From Zootoca vivipara (Eukaryota), in NCBI RefSeq assembly GCF_963506605.1, contig NC_083277.1, positions 81,964,001 to 82,028,000 on the forward strand: a DNA stretch of 64,000 bases, given 5' to 3'. How positions within the stretch are numbered: the first letter of the stretch is position 1; the number at the start of each line of letters is the position of its first letter. Shown one piece after another: positions 12,101-23,993 of this stretch. Below the pieces are notes generated by a model, which was not told where the DNA came from, did not search any database, and saw nothing but the letters and a program-made list of their open reading frames with translations. The position numbers and the translations under genes were made by a program.

Positions 12101-15100
12101 TAAAGTTAAAGGTATAGAATGCTGCTGAGGGCACAAATAAGTATTAGATCGGGCTTAAGGTAGATTTAAGCTACAGCCTTTGCTATGAACAAACCAATAG
12201 GAGTGTTTACTCATTTGGGCGTGCCCTTCATTTTGCAGAAGATGCTGAATTTCTTCACTAGGTGGCAGTATAAACCCTACTTTTAATATTAAAGCTTCTT
12301 TTGAACGGGGAGGAAACCAGAGCCATTTCAGGCTATTTTCTTTCAGCTTCCTCAATAAAGTTAATTTCAGTCTTGCACTTTTTAAAAACTGTTTTGAAAT
12401 TTAAAATGGAGCTTGTATACTGTGCTAATGCTACCTTTCCTTGCTGCAGAACTCCCCGCGACATAGATGGGGAGAAGATGAACCAAATTCACATACGGTA
12501 AAAAAAAAAATTCAAGAAACCTCACAAGTTACAGGAGAGAGAGAATTGTTTTTTCACAGAAAAGGGCTTGGTATATTATGAGGTGGGCAACGGGGTCCTG
12601 CTAAAGGACCAATCTAGAACTGAGCCTACCTCTGTGGGCCATTTTGATAGGTGCTTGGAACCACCCGCCTGTAAATCACCCGCCATCATATATTATGGAC
12701 AAGAAACTATGACTGTTACAAGGGAAAGGGAAAAATTGGGGGGGGGTAGGTCACCTCTTTTCCCACCCCAACCAGGGGCCTCTGATAATCAGCATCACTT
12801 TATGAAAATAAGGGAGGGTTTTTTAAAGCCTTTTTGCAGAGAGACAACAAAATTAATCAGCTGCTCTTTCAGCTCTCTGTGCTGCTTGAATTACTTGGAC
12901 CAGCTAGAGGGATGTTTTGCATCTATTTCTGGATCTAAGTGACCTGTCCTGCAAGGATGACATAGCCTTCAGCAAATCTAACCTCACTTAGATCCTAATA
13001 AATTAAAACATATATAACTCTTATAAAATTATTTTTTAATTTACAGAGCACTAATAAAATTGTGTGGAATTTTTAAGTAGTTTAAAGGCCTTCACATTTT
13101 AGATTAATTGTGCAAATGAGTTCTATACCTACTACTCTATTGAATAATACATCTTACTATGTTTTAAGGAAAGAGATCATAACAGTGAAGATGAAGATGA
13201 AGACAAATATGCAGATGACATTGATATGCCTGGACAGAATTTTGACTCCAAAAGGCGTATTACAGTCCGAAACCTGCGTATTCGGGAGGATATCGCTAAA
13301 GTAAGCAGATTCACATTAAGCCTTGTCATTGCATAGCTGCTGTCTGTGTTTTACTGGTGGATTAAAAAAGTACACAACATTCTTCTTGCCTTCATCAAGC
13401 TTTATTAAGTAATATATGCAACCAATAGTCTCTTTTAAATTTCTCATCCTTAACTGAAAATTAATTGCTTAGTGACATTAAAAAATCCATTTAACTTAAA
13501 ATAAAATGAGGATTTGATTAGCTGCATAGACATGTTGGCATTAAAAGATCTTCAAGTGATGGTTGACTCTGTTACCTGCACTGAAGCTTCAAGTCTGTAT
13601 TCTCGTGTCTTTTCAGTATTTGCGGAATCTTGATCCCAATTCTGCATACTATGATCCCAAAACCAGAGCAATGAGAGAAAATCCATATGCCAATGCCGGA
13701 AAGAATCCAGATGAGTAAGTTTGAAATTAACTTGCTTGGATTTCAAACATTAATATTTGGGTACCAGTGAACCTGTACATGACAGTGGAAGTTGTGAGAA
13801 AAGCTTTCATTAGTACTAATTTGATACTGTGGTTTTTTGGGGTGGCATCCAAAACCATGTGAGTGGACCTCACTTTTCCCTATCCGCCAGAGGTCTCCCA
13901 AACCAGGTTTTAGGGCATGCAAGGGTGGGGGAATCTGTTCTACCAACAATATCCATTCCACTGGTGAAGAAACACTGTTGGATTTCACCCATGGAAAGAA
14001 ATTTGATCTGACATCTCCATCACCCCATATCATTTGGTTGAAATTAATTATTCTGTTGAAGAATGTTTAGTCCCCCTTTATTTAGTAGAATAGCTAAATG
14101 CTGCACAGACATTCACATATCCTGCCTGAGCTCTGCGAGTGCCGCTTTCTCCCGATTGAAGTGCAGAGTGTTTGAGGACCAGGACATTCGCAGGGAAACC
14201 AAAATGCTTGTTTACAAAGCTATTGTACTACCAACCTTACTATATGCTTGTGAAACATGGCAAGTGCCATTGAGCGTATGGGGGGGACTGATACCCCAAA
14301 GCTTTTATCTCTTTCTTCCAAGCTTTACTTTGTGCTGGAGTAAGGAGTAAATAAAAATTATCTGAGTCTCTCATATTGTTTGTTACCGTAGCCAAGCTTG
14401 AGATGAGATCATGCTTTCCTTTCAAGCCTTCTGTATATAGCCAGAGGGTTCAGTGAGAGACATGGTTTTCTCTTTTGAGTTGCAGTTTGGGAAAAGTAAA
14501 AGAGCTGAAATCTCGTGTGGTCTTTTTTATCCACAGCAAGGCTGGTGAGATACCCCTGCCTCTAAGACCCACAGCACACTTGGGAGGACTTTCATGGGAA
14601 TGGGAGAGGGTTGGTGGTGAGCATAAATAGAGGCTGGCTTGTAAGTCACTGACAAATGTGGGCCCCAGATGCTGTGTAAGAAAGCTCTGTTGCAGGAGGG
14701 TAGCAGTAAATTTCTTTCTTGAGTGTGGTTTTAATCTGAAAGTTGTTTCTCATATTGCATTTTGATAATGGATGATTGCTCTGACTACAAGCATATTGCC
14801 TGAAAAGTTGGTGCATGCAGTTGAGTCTCCTCAGAGACACAAGAAGCAGGCTGGATTTTACAGGTCTATGGCAGAGTTCCTCACTTAAGTTGCTTTTAGG
14901 GGGGGTGCTGGGTCTTGTGTTGCTTATTGAAGCACATCTTTGCAAACATGGGAATGGCTTCTTTCAATGAAAGTGTCCTAACAAAGAAGAAAGAACTCAT
15001 ATTGTAATGTAAAACCACTCATACTTCCTGTGCATCCTGGTTACATACAAGGTCTTCCCTTCCAGGGTCAGTTACGCAGGTGACAACTTCGTTCGTTACA

Positions 15101-18100
15101 CAGGGGCTACCATTTCTATGGCACAAACTCAGCGTAAGTACTGAATCTGCCAGACAGATGTTTTCTTCAGTTGTACCATCTACTACTACTTAATGAAAAT
15201 GCTTTTGGCAACAGAAGGAACTATTCTCAGTTTAATCTTCAGGGGAGTTTCAACTTTGGGCATTTGGGTGCTCAAATAGAGGGGAAAGGTCCTTATTCAG
15301 AGGAACACACACACACACCCAAAAAATAATAGAGAAATATTGGGTTTTTTCAATGTTCCCCCTTGCATACCTCCCCTTGCCCTCAAAAAAAGAAAACTGT
15401 GCTAAGAGGTTTGTTTGTGCCTCCATACTAACAAAGGAACACTGGCTGCAGAGAAAATCATGCAGTTGTGAGTTCTCTTAGGCTTCTGAGGCCAGGAATT
15501 AGGCTGAAAGGAAGTAGCTGTTTGTTCACTCACTTCCCTTCAGCATGGGGTATAAAATGTGGGGGGGGGGGGTTTGCAGTGATCCAGGTTTCCTCCAAGC
15601 CCAGTGTCCCCTTCGTATCCTTAGATAATTCTCCAAGGCAGTTCTCTTTCCTCTGCCCCTTGGAAACCATGAATCCTCTGCTCAAAGCAAGTAGGTTCCA
15701 GGCCAGCTTGAGCAGATGAACAGTGATGCTGTGAGCTCTTCTTGAAGCTGGATCAGTAGAGCCAAACCTAGAGAGATTCATGGCAGCTGTTCCTAGAACT
15801 GGCTCTGTGAAGCTGAGAATTATTCATGGGAGTAGAAGGGAAGAGTAAAAACATAGAGAACCTTACCTTTGCCTTGTCTCCCTTTACCCCCACTTCCCCA
15901 AAAATTACTTGATTCCTATTGAGAGCAAAACCAGCTTATGCCCAAATATTTATTGCAAACATTCTCTCTCCTTAATTCCTTTAAAGTGTTTGCCTGGGAA
16001 GCTTATGAAAAAGGCTCTGAAGTTCATCTTCAGGCAGATCCTACAAAACTTGAACTCTTGTACAAGTCCTTCAAAGTGAAAAAAGAAGACTTCAAGGAGG
16101 AGCAGAAAGAAAGCATCCTGGAGAAGGTAAATCAGCCTCATATATAAGCACCAGACTAGTAGCTGTAGGCAACCAGGGATTTTTGCATGCAGCAAGCAAG
16201 ATTTACTGAATTACGTATTTTGAACAGAACTGTGTGCCGTGTAATCAGACTTTGAACTGCTATTTGTAAGGTTTTATAAATAAAAAAAACCCTTCATTTA
16301 AGTCCCTTAAAAGAATCCAACACAAGGAGTAAATAGGTTCACAAACCAATCTGATTTTTGAGGTGGAAATGGATTTATAGTCTAAACTTGCTGTGCATTT
16401 GCTTTAAAAAATTACCGCTAGAAATTTATGCAGTTTTTCTTGTGTTGGTGTGTTCTGTTCTACTGAAGAGAAATTTGAAAATGCTTTCAATACACATGCA
16501 CATGAACTCTTTAAAAGAGCACAGTAGACAAGCGACATACAATTGATGCACAACCGCCAACATGCGGGTCATTTTAGACCTGGAAAATGACAGGACGGGG
16601 GCAGGACGGGCTTCTGTGTGCTCCACTGACCAGAAACACAACCCCATGCAAATCGGGTTGCCTGTATATAAGGATAGCGTAGTGCAGGGGTCCCCAGACT
16701 TACCCGGCTTTGGGCCGGAGGGCAGGGGAGTGCGCGCCCGTGCGCATGCGCACACACACTTACTGGCGCGGTGGCGCGCTTCCAGGTCGGGAAAATCGCC
16801 GAAAATCGTTTGTGCGCATGCGTATGGGCCTCCCCCCGACCCGGAAGTGCACCGGAAATGACCTCTTCTGGGTCGGGAGAGGCCCATACGCATGCGCACA
16901 AACGATTTTCGGCTATTTTTTCCGATGTGGAAGTGCGCCGCCACGCTGCGCGCCGTAAGAGCGGACGGAGGCAGCGGGCGGCGGGGGTCGTCGCGGGCTG
17001 GATTGGGAGGCCAATTGGGCCGCATCTGGCCCGCGGACCATAGTTTGGGGACCCCTGGCATAGTGGCTTACAGCTGTTTCCTGCAATATCCAGAGAGGAT
17101 TGATTAGTAAAATACTGTATAGTTAAACTGTAGATAATCCTTTGCTAAAGATTTTTTCCAAACTTTATTTCTTAACAGTATGGAGGACAAGAACATCTGG
17201 ATGCCCCACCGCCTGAGTTGCTGCTTGCTCAGACGGAAGATTATGTGGAATATTCTAGACATGGAACAGTTATTAAAGGCCAAGAGAAGGCTGTTACTCG
17301 TTCTAAATATGAGGAAGATGTAACTATCAACAATCACACAGTAAGTAGCCAAGAACAGGAAACCGTTACTAAAGATAAGGCTACACTTTATGTTTTTGAA
17401 TAAGGGTTCTGCTGCTCAGAATTATTCTGAGCTGTGCTCCCCTTCAGCTGCAAGCAGCCACATTCTGGCCTGCATGCAGTTCATAGGTACGAGTTGAGTT
17501 CTCCTGTGCTTACATGGTCGCTTCGTCACTGTAAAACAGTTGATTTTAAAAGTTACTTATTACTGTACAATGATTCCTTTGCAAGGAGAAGCAATAAAAG
17601 CTGCCTTCCCTCCTCCTGCCATTGGGATGTCTCCTCAGGATTAAAATCTTATTGGTGGCAGAAAGAACCTTCCTTTAACATAGGGCGACATCTAGATCCA
17701 GCCCCATCATTTCACTTTGCAAATATTTGACTTGGAAACTTTAAAAACCAGTCTTCAAAATCTGCAGATACTGTACATCTGTTCAGGGTGCAGTTCAGCA
17801 AAAATGAAGCACTTGTATGTCCCATTTTGGCAGCAGAATTATGCATATATTCAGAAACTCAGTCAAGTAAACTAAAACATCAAAAGGGCTGAACTTTTGA
17901 TTGCCCCAGATGTTGCAACCTTTGCTCATAGGGCAGTTGCTCCAACCCTTAGTCCAGCAGCCTTTCCTCACAGTGGCCAACTAGATGCCTCTGGGAAGCC
18001 AACAAGCAGGATCTGAGTACAACAAATCTTTCGTAGACTGAATATTTGACTTTAATAGAAGTTTAATAAATCCTCTAAGTAGATTTCATGCTTTCGGGGA

Positions 18101-20108
18101 AAGTAATATTTCTCAAAAGCTTAGTTGTATCCTGAACAACATTTATATAATTCTATAAGTTATATCAGCACAAGCAATGGTGGTAAAAGTAACTGATTTT
18201 ACTTTTCTTTTTATTCCCCCCCTGCAGTGCATTTGGGGTTCCTATTGGAAAGAAGGCAAATGGGGATATAAATGCTGCTACTCATTTGTAAAGTATTCGT
18301 ATTGCACAGGAGAAGCTGGAAGAGAAATTGCTGTAAGAACTGGCCTAAGAAATAAATTTTCCACTTATAAGTTTTTAAAAAAACAAGCTAATACTTGTTT
18401 CTCCTGTTGATTTTTATTTTCTCTCCTAATTATTCTCTCTACAGAACGCTGATGAGGAATTGCCCATTGAAGTGCCAGAGGAAGAGTTCATGACCAAACA
18501 AAGAACTCTAGTGGAGGTAGGTTGCCTTTTTCTCCTACCTGCTTCCCTTTACAAAAGAAAAGAAAAGAAAAGAAAACCCTATTGGTGTGTCAAGGGGAAG
18601 AGAGATATTTTTAGTTTGTAGAGCAGGAATAGGGAACTGGATCCAGCCAGCAGGCCAGATCTCCATGCCCACTGCAGGTCACCTGCCATCACTAGGTGAA
18701 GTTGTTTTTCTTTGCAGACGAACTTGAACTCAAGTCAGGCTGTAAAGAAAGGTCGCTGTAGCCAATACCAGCAGGGGTTGTAGTCAGTGCCAATCAGCTA
18801 AGTGACGCTGATTAAAACCTCTGCTTTTGGCAGGAATCAGTTGTGCTTGGGAGCTCGGATCGGGAGTTCTTTAATGACACAGTGGAGCTTGTATTTGGCA
18901 TCAATTTTTAAAGGTGCCAAGTGCAAGTCCTGCTTAGCGAGAAACAATTGGCAGCGCCCTTTAAGGCTCCCAATCGTTGCTTTGCAGCTGTGTCCTTACT
19001 TGCTCCACACCTGATGTTACATATGTCTGGTGTGCAGCAGATGGATGTGGTTTAAGGAAAACTGCCCCATGGGCCCAATTAGAACCCCTGCCAGGCCTAA
19101 TTTGGCTTGTGGGCCAGAAGTTCCCCACAACTGATATAGAAGAATAGTTCTCTTTAACTGCAAGATCAGCCTAGTGGTTATTCAAAATAAGAAAGTACAG
19201 CCCATGTAACATTTCATCCTTCAAAGTCTTAAACATTCCCTAGGTTCGTTTACTACAAGGTATTATACATGGGGCTGCCTCTCAATACTATTGCTCTTTC
19301 CCAACCTTTGCAGATGCATCAGGAAAAACAAAAAGAGGAGAAGAAGAAAAAGAAGAAAAAGCACAAGAAGAGTACAGGTTCTGATAGTGAAGAAGATAGA
19401 AAGAAACAGGAAAAATTAAAGAAGGTATGCTTGAAATAAGAATCATCTGCCAGCTGCATTTTTCTTGTTTATTAGTAATTTTCAAACCAATGGATTCCTT
19501 TTGTTAGCAGATGTAAAGTTTTGAATACAACTTGGTGACTTTTTAGTCATACACTTTTGGGTGAATACTTATGATGGTGTTTAGACCAGTAGCCAGCAAG
19601 TGAAATCCCATGGGCTAAACCAGGCATCCCCAAACTGTGGCCCTACAGATGTTTTGGCCTACAACTCCCATGATCCCTAGCTAACAGGACCAGTGGTCAG
19701 GGATGATGGGAATTGTAGACCAAAACATCTGGAGGGCCGAAGTTTGGGGGTGCCTGGGCTAAACCTACATTATGCCACATGATCACCATAATGCTGAAGA
19801 CAATTTCTCTTTTCCATCTCCATCCCTGCCTATCATTTAATTAAACCTCACTCCCTGTATTGGATCTTGCTGGCTTCTGTAAACTAATATTGTCACACAG
19901 TTATGGATTGTGTTTTGTTTTCCTTTAGGCACTGAATGCTGAAGAAGCCCGTCTCCTTCACGTGAAAGAAATAATGCAATTAGATGAGAGAAAGAGGCCA
20001 TATAACAGCATGTACGAAAGTCGAGAACCAACAGAGGAGGAAATGGAAGCTTATCGAATGAAGCGCCAGCGGCCAGATGATCCTATGGCCTCGTTTCTGG
20101 GGCAGTAA
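9101..20108 (+). CDS. SLU7: Pre-mRNA splicing factor SLU7, 15 coding exons, 582 aa
   Basis: Exons 9101-9264, 10369-10522, 10871-10951, 11143-11307, 11952-12020, 12450-12497, 13169-13300, 13617-13714, 15066-15133, 15987-16126, 17179-17340, 18228-18332, 18445-18516, 19314-19424 and 19929-20108 (1749 nt, GT-AG, phases consistent). Motifs: [11 protein letters not shown], zinc knuckle [44 protein letters not shown]-terminal [10 protein letters not shown]. Confidence 0.97.
9477..9602. repeat. Perfect 3 x 42-bp tandem repeat in a SLU7 intron
   Basis: Unit CTTCAGCCTGCCTAGTCTTTTCCTAACCTTTCCAGAGTGGGG starts at 9477, 9519 and 9561. Confidence 0.95.
14120..14260 (+). mobile_element. RTE-clade LINE fragment (RT C-terminal part)
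   Basis: Translates [45 protein letters not shown], typical of RTE RTs. Confidence 0.75.
16685..17057. mobile_element. CpG-rich hAT (Charlie/Buster-like) MITE
   Basis: TIR CAGGGGTCCCCA; 8-bp TSD GCGTAGTG/GCATAGTG; internal palindrome. An inverted sibling lies at 49101-49446. Confidence 0.9.
19621..19756. mobile_element. ~136-bp hAT MITE (GGACTACAA-type fold-back)
   Basis: TIR CAGGCATCCCCAAACT; TSD GGCTAAAC. Confidence 0.9.
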
Positions 20109-22404
20109 CTTTTATGAAAGAACTTGCAAGCCCACAGGAGTTGGGTGCTGTTTTTAATATTTGATCACCAAGTAGAACACCTGCCAGTTTTCTGTATTGT
20201 ATTGTATTGTGTATGTGTATATAAATATGACATATAAATATGGCAATGTTTCAACTGAAAAAAGAGAGTGTACAGTTTACATCTTGTGTTTCCTTTGTAA
20301 ATGCAAATGTTTTGTCAGCCATAACCTGCTGGTTGTAGTTATGATGCCCAGTAGGTTTATTAATTCAAAACAGCAACGTTCTTCTCACTCAGAATGTGTC
20401 ATATGTCCAAACAAAAAATAGCAGGAGTCACTATTTCTGCTGTTTGAAGGGAACTTTCCACTTGGCAAATACACAGTTGTAACCTACCTTTATGTACAAA
20501 TTAACTCAGTACTGTTGAAGGGGGGATATTCTACTCTTGTGAAACCATTCTTCTGGTTAAAAGCTCAGACAGCTTCTCAGCAGAACTGGATGAGATTTCC
20601 AAATATCTCGTGTGTCTCTTAGGCACAATTCTGCCTCTTGCAGTTCTGTTCCTTTTATTAAAACGTGAATTTATTTAGTTAAAATTGCCTTGCCCGTTGT
20701 GCTCCAGTGAAGCTTGCTAAAATTTTGCAATGTCAAAATGAGACTGCAAGCTTTAAAAAGCAGTTTCTGTCTGTTTATTCTATCTATGAAACAAGTGCCA
20801 GTAGAAGGCTCACATTGCCTAAAGTACGTTTTAGTACGTTTAGTACGTTGTAATACGTACTAAATAGGTCACAGTATAGTTTGCCTTCTCTCGTAATTCT
20901 ATGATTTTATATATGCACTGCACAACATCTTGGTGCATAGTGTTATCTGCAAAAGTGAATGAGCACTAGGTAGAAATTGTGAGCCAAGCCTCTTCAAATG
21001 TTGGACTCCACAACCTGAGTTCTTTTGATAGGCTTGGTTGATACTTCTTTTAGATCCTGGTATTGCTGCTTTTCGTTTACTTGATGTCTGGGGAAAAAAT
21101 TTCTTTAAAAAGCTTTTGGCTGTACTAATAGACAATCTCAACAGGATAGCTAAAATCTATCCTGATGAAAGCAAATGTACTCTAAGCTTAGCATTTTGTT
21201 TTTCTAATAGAAATGGTTTATAGTATATTCTCTCTAGGGATGTTGCATAAACACTCCCAGACTTCACAAGAGGGATGGGCCAGCATAATATGTACAGTTT
21301 TCCAGTAACTAACAAATATAGCCTTGATTTTTTGGACATTGGAGCAAAGGGGACTTTGCGAAGGCGGCAGTTGAATCACACAAAAGAGGTGGAAACGTTA
21401 TGCCCAGGATCAGAAAGGAGCAATTCAACACATGCACCCTTTGCATCATCTGCACAAAGCAGTTGCTGGTACCTGGATAAATGGCATCACCAGTCTAAGG
21501 TGGGAGAGGGTGCAACTGCAACCAGGTTGCAGAAACTACGAAGACGTATGCATGCATGTGCAAAAACCAAGGGGTGGGACGATGTCATTTGCATTCACCA
21601 TTAGAACTTAAAACACAAGCAACATAAAAAGCAGACAAGATCGCATGTGTGGATGGTACATGGAGTTCAATCCATTAATTACAGAAGGAAGTTTATGTGC
21701 CCAAGGGACATAAACTTCCTTTACCAAAGAATGCATCTTATGCCATTACCTTGCATACTATTTCCAGACTGGTAGGTCAAATTTAAAGATGTGAGCACAG
21801 CACAACTTTTAAAAGCAGCAGCACCTTTTATATACTGGGCTTCTTGCATTCTGCAGAAGTGTGTGCACGCCAGTCTATTTCATATATCTTTGCAAATTGG
21901 GCTAGTACTGGGAACTTTTGTGTTTGTTATTATCTTGCATCTGAATTGAAATCAGTGTCTGTGTGCACTGAAGTACCATAAGCCTTTCTTCCCCCCCCCC
22001 CCCAGCTTGATCGCTGAGATCATCAGGAAGAGCACCGTTCGTTGTATCCTGTGTTAACAAAGCCCAGCTTACCTCAGCTAAAGTCATGCATTTGGTGTCA
22101 CTGGTCCCATGCATCAGGCTTTTTTACTTTCAGGAGTCCCTTGGAAATGTTTTTACACTGACGGCCTTTGCAACTGTTTTTAAAATAATCAATTTAATGA
22201 TTATCTGTTGCTGGAAATCGCAGGAAAGTGCTTTTGTGCTAATATCCTGCTTGCAGGTTTCCAATAAGCATCTTACCAGCCACTGTGAGAAAAACATCTG
22301 GTCAGCCATTGATCTGATACAGGGGCTCATTATGTCTTTATGTCATGTTCCAGTAGCTAAGAGTTGCAACCCTAATAAAGGCTTTCTGGGAAATGATATA
22401 TAAT

Positions 22405-22800
22405 GAGTTAAAGAAAATGTTTAAAAAATACTTTCGTTAACAAACCATAAGCCTTTTTATTGGGGATAGTGAGTGAAAAGTTGCCAAGAGAAGATAACAG
22501 ACTGTTTACGTAGGCAACTACAGTGACAAGAATCCTTTTAGCCCAAAAATGGAAACAACAAGAAGTACCAACGAAATAAGAGTGGCAGATGCAAAGGATG
22601 GACTTTGAGGAATTGGCAAAGCTGACAGGAAAACCAGCATGATCAAGTATGCCAAAAGGACGAGTAAATTTATACGATATTTGAAAGATCACTAAGCAAT
22701 TAACATCACTAGCGGGGTTGTCTGAAGACTTGTAATGAAAAATTTTCTCCCTTTTTATATTTACTTAAACCTTTTCAGAATTGGAAAATGCAATGATATA
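22405..22800 (+). mobile_element. Decayed L1-like LINE 3' fragment
   Basis: Stop-interrupted translation AFLLGIVSEKLPREDNRLF*ATTVTRILLAQKWKQQEVPT..EWQMQRMDFEELAKLT resembles the C-terminus of non-mammalian L1 ORF2. Confidence 0.6.
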
Positions 22801-22935
22801 TTACAAAGGTTAACTTTGAAAGCCATGAAGTGGGAGGGAAGGAAGTCGCTGGGCTAACCAGGTTACAAATCCTCTTCCTCTCTGCTTTCTGGAGTGGGGG
22901 TGTGTGTGTCTTGGTCTAGTAGCTTCCACCACTCC

Positions 22936-23025
22936 CATAGCTGTCAAGTTTTCCCATTTCTCGCGACGAAGCCTATTCAGCATAAGGGAATTTCCCTTTA
23001 AAAAAGGGAGAACTTGACAGCTATG
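22936..23025. mobile_element. 90-bp hAT-type MITE (same family as 3125-3214)
   Basis: TIR CATAGCTGTCAAGTT; body nearly identical to the first copy; flanks share CACTCC. Confidence 0.85.
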
Positions 23026-23155
23026 CACTCCTCCTCATCCAGCAAATCCCTGACATATAATCTGCGTCCACATGGAGGATTTTTAGCAGCGCCCACTCAT
23101 TCTCCCCCTACCAGCTGCATCGCCTCTCCCGCTTCCAAAGGTGTATCGGTTAGGT

Positions 23156-23291
23156 CAGGCATCCCCAAACTCTGCCCCTCCAGATGTTTTGGACTACAAT
23201 TCCCATCTTCCCCGACCACTGGTCCTGATAGCTAGGGATCATGGGAGTTGTAGGCCAAAACATCTGGATGGCCGCAGTTTGGGGGTGCCTG
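23156..23291. mobile_element. ~136-bp hAT MITE
   Basis: TIRs as at 19621; TSD GGTTAGGT. Confidence 0.9.
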
Positions 23292-23679
23292 GGTTAGGTC
23301 AATTTTCACTCACTTTTCACAGGAGAAAGAGTGGGAAATCCATTTTAAAACACCCAGTGTGGACACACCGAAGTACTGTACATGCCATATGAGTGGAACT
23401 GTAACCAGACTCTTGGCCAAAGCCTGGCTGAGATTTGACTAGACTGCCTGAAGCCAGGTAAAATAGATTCTGCCTGCCAGCCAAGCATGTTCTGGACTTT
23501 AGAGTCTCTTGTTGCTTTTAGGTGACCTTACACAAGCCACTCTTCTGTCTGTGGCTCCTGCCCCTTTTGGAGTTTCTGAGCTTCCACAGAGCAGGGCTTT
23601 TTCCTTTTTCCTTTCTTCTTCTCAAATATCCGGAGCCTTCCAAGCATTTAGCCGCATGTGTGTAACGTTTTCTTCCCTG

Positions 23680-23993
23680 CCTCACGTGACACGAGGCAGA
23701 AGCTCAAACATTACACAATAATCAAAATATGCCTCTGGCAAAGCTAAGCCAAAAAGCCGAAGCCGCCGCAAAAAAAGTGGGAATGCAGATGAAAGAAACC
23801 CATTTTTGCTAACGTCGAGCAAGGCATTTGAGAATGCAAAATCGCAAGCCCTTCGTTTAAAGGAAAGGTTTTGCAAGAATAGCCAGGAATCCCACGAAGC
23901 TGGACAACTATGCTCTGCGGTGAAACATCTGTTTGAGATTCTTCAGCTTTTCTACTGGATGTCAGGATCTTTTTCTGGAAGACATTTGTGCTT
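23680..23993 (+). promoter_or_regulatory. Candidate C1QTNF2 promoter and non-coding first exon
   Basis: Local CpG enrichment, palindromic E-box TCACGTGA near 23682, donor GTGAGT at 23994. The C1QTNF2 ATG exon needs an upstream exon. No transcript evidence. Confidence 0.3.

Noticed and set aside
16426-17107. Cluster of overlapping 70-211-aa ORFs (also at 49081-49574)
   Set aside because: These are stop-poor frames in a GC-rich MITE, with no protein motifs.
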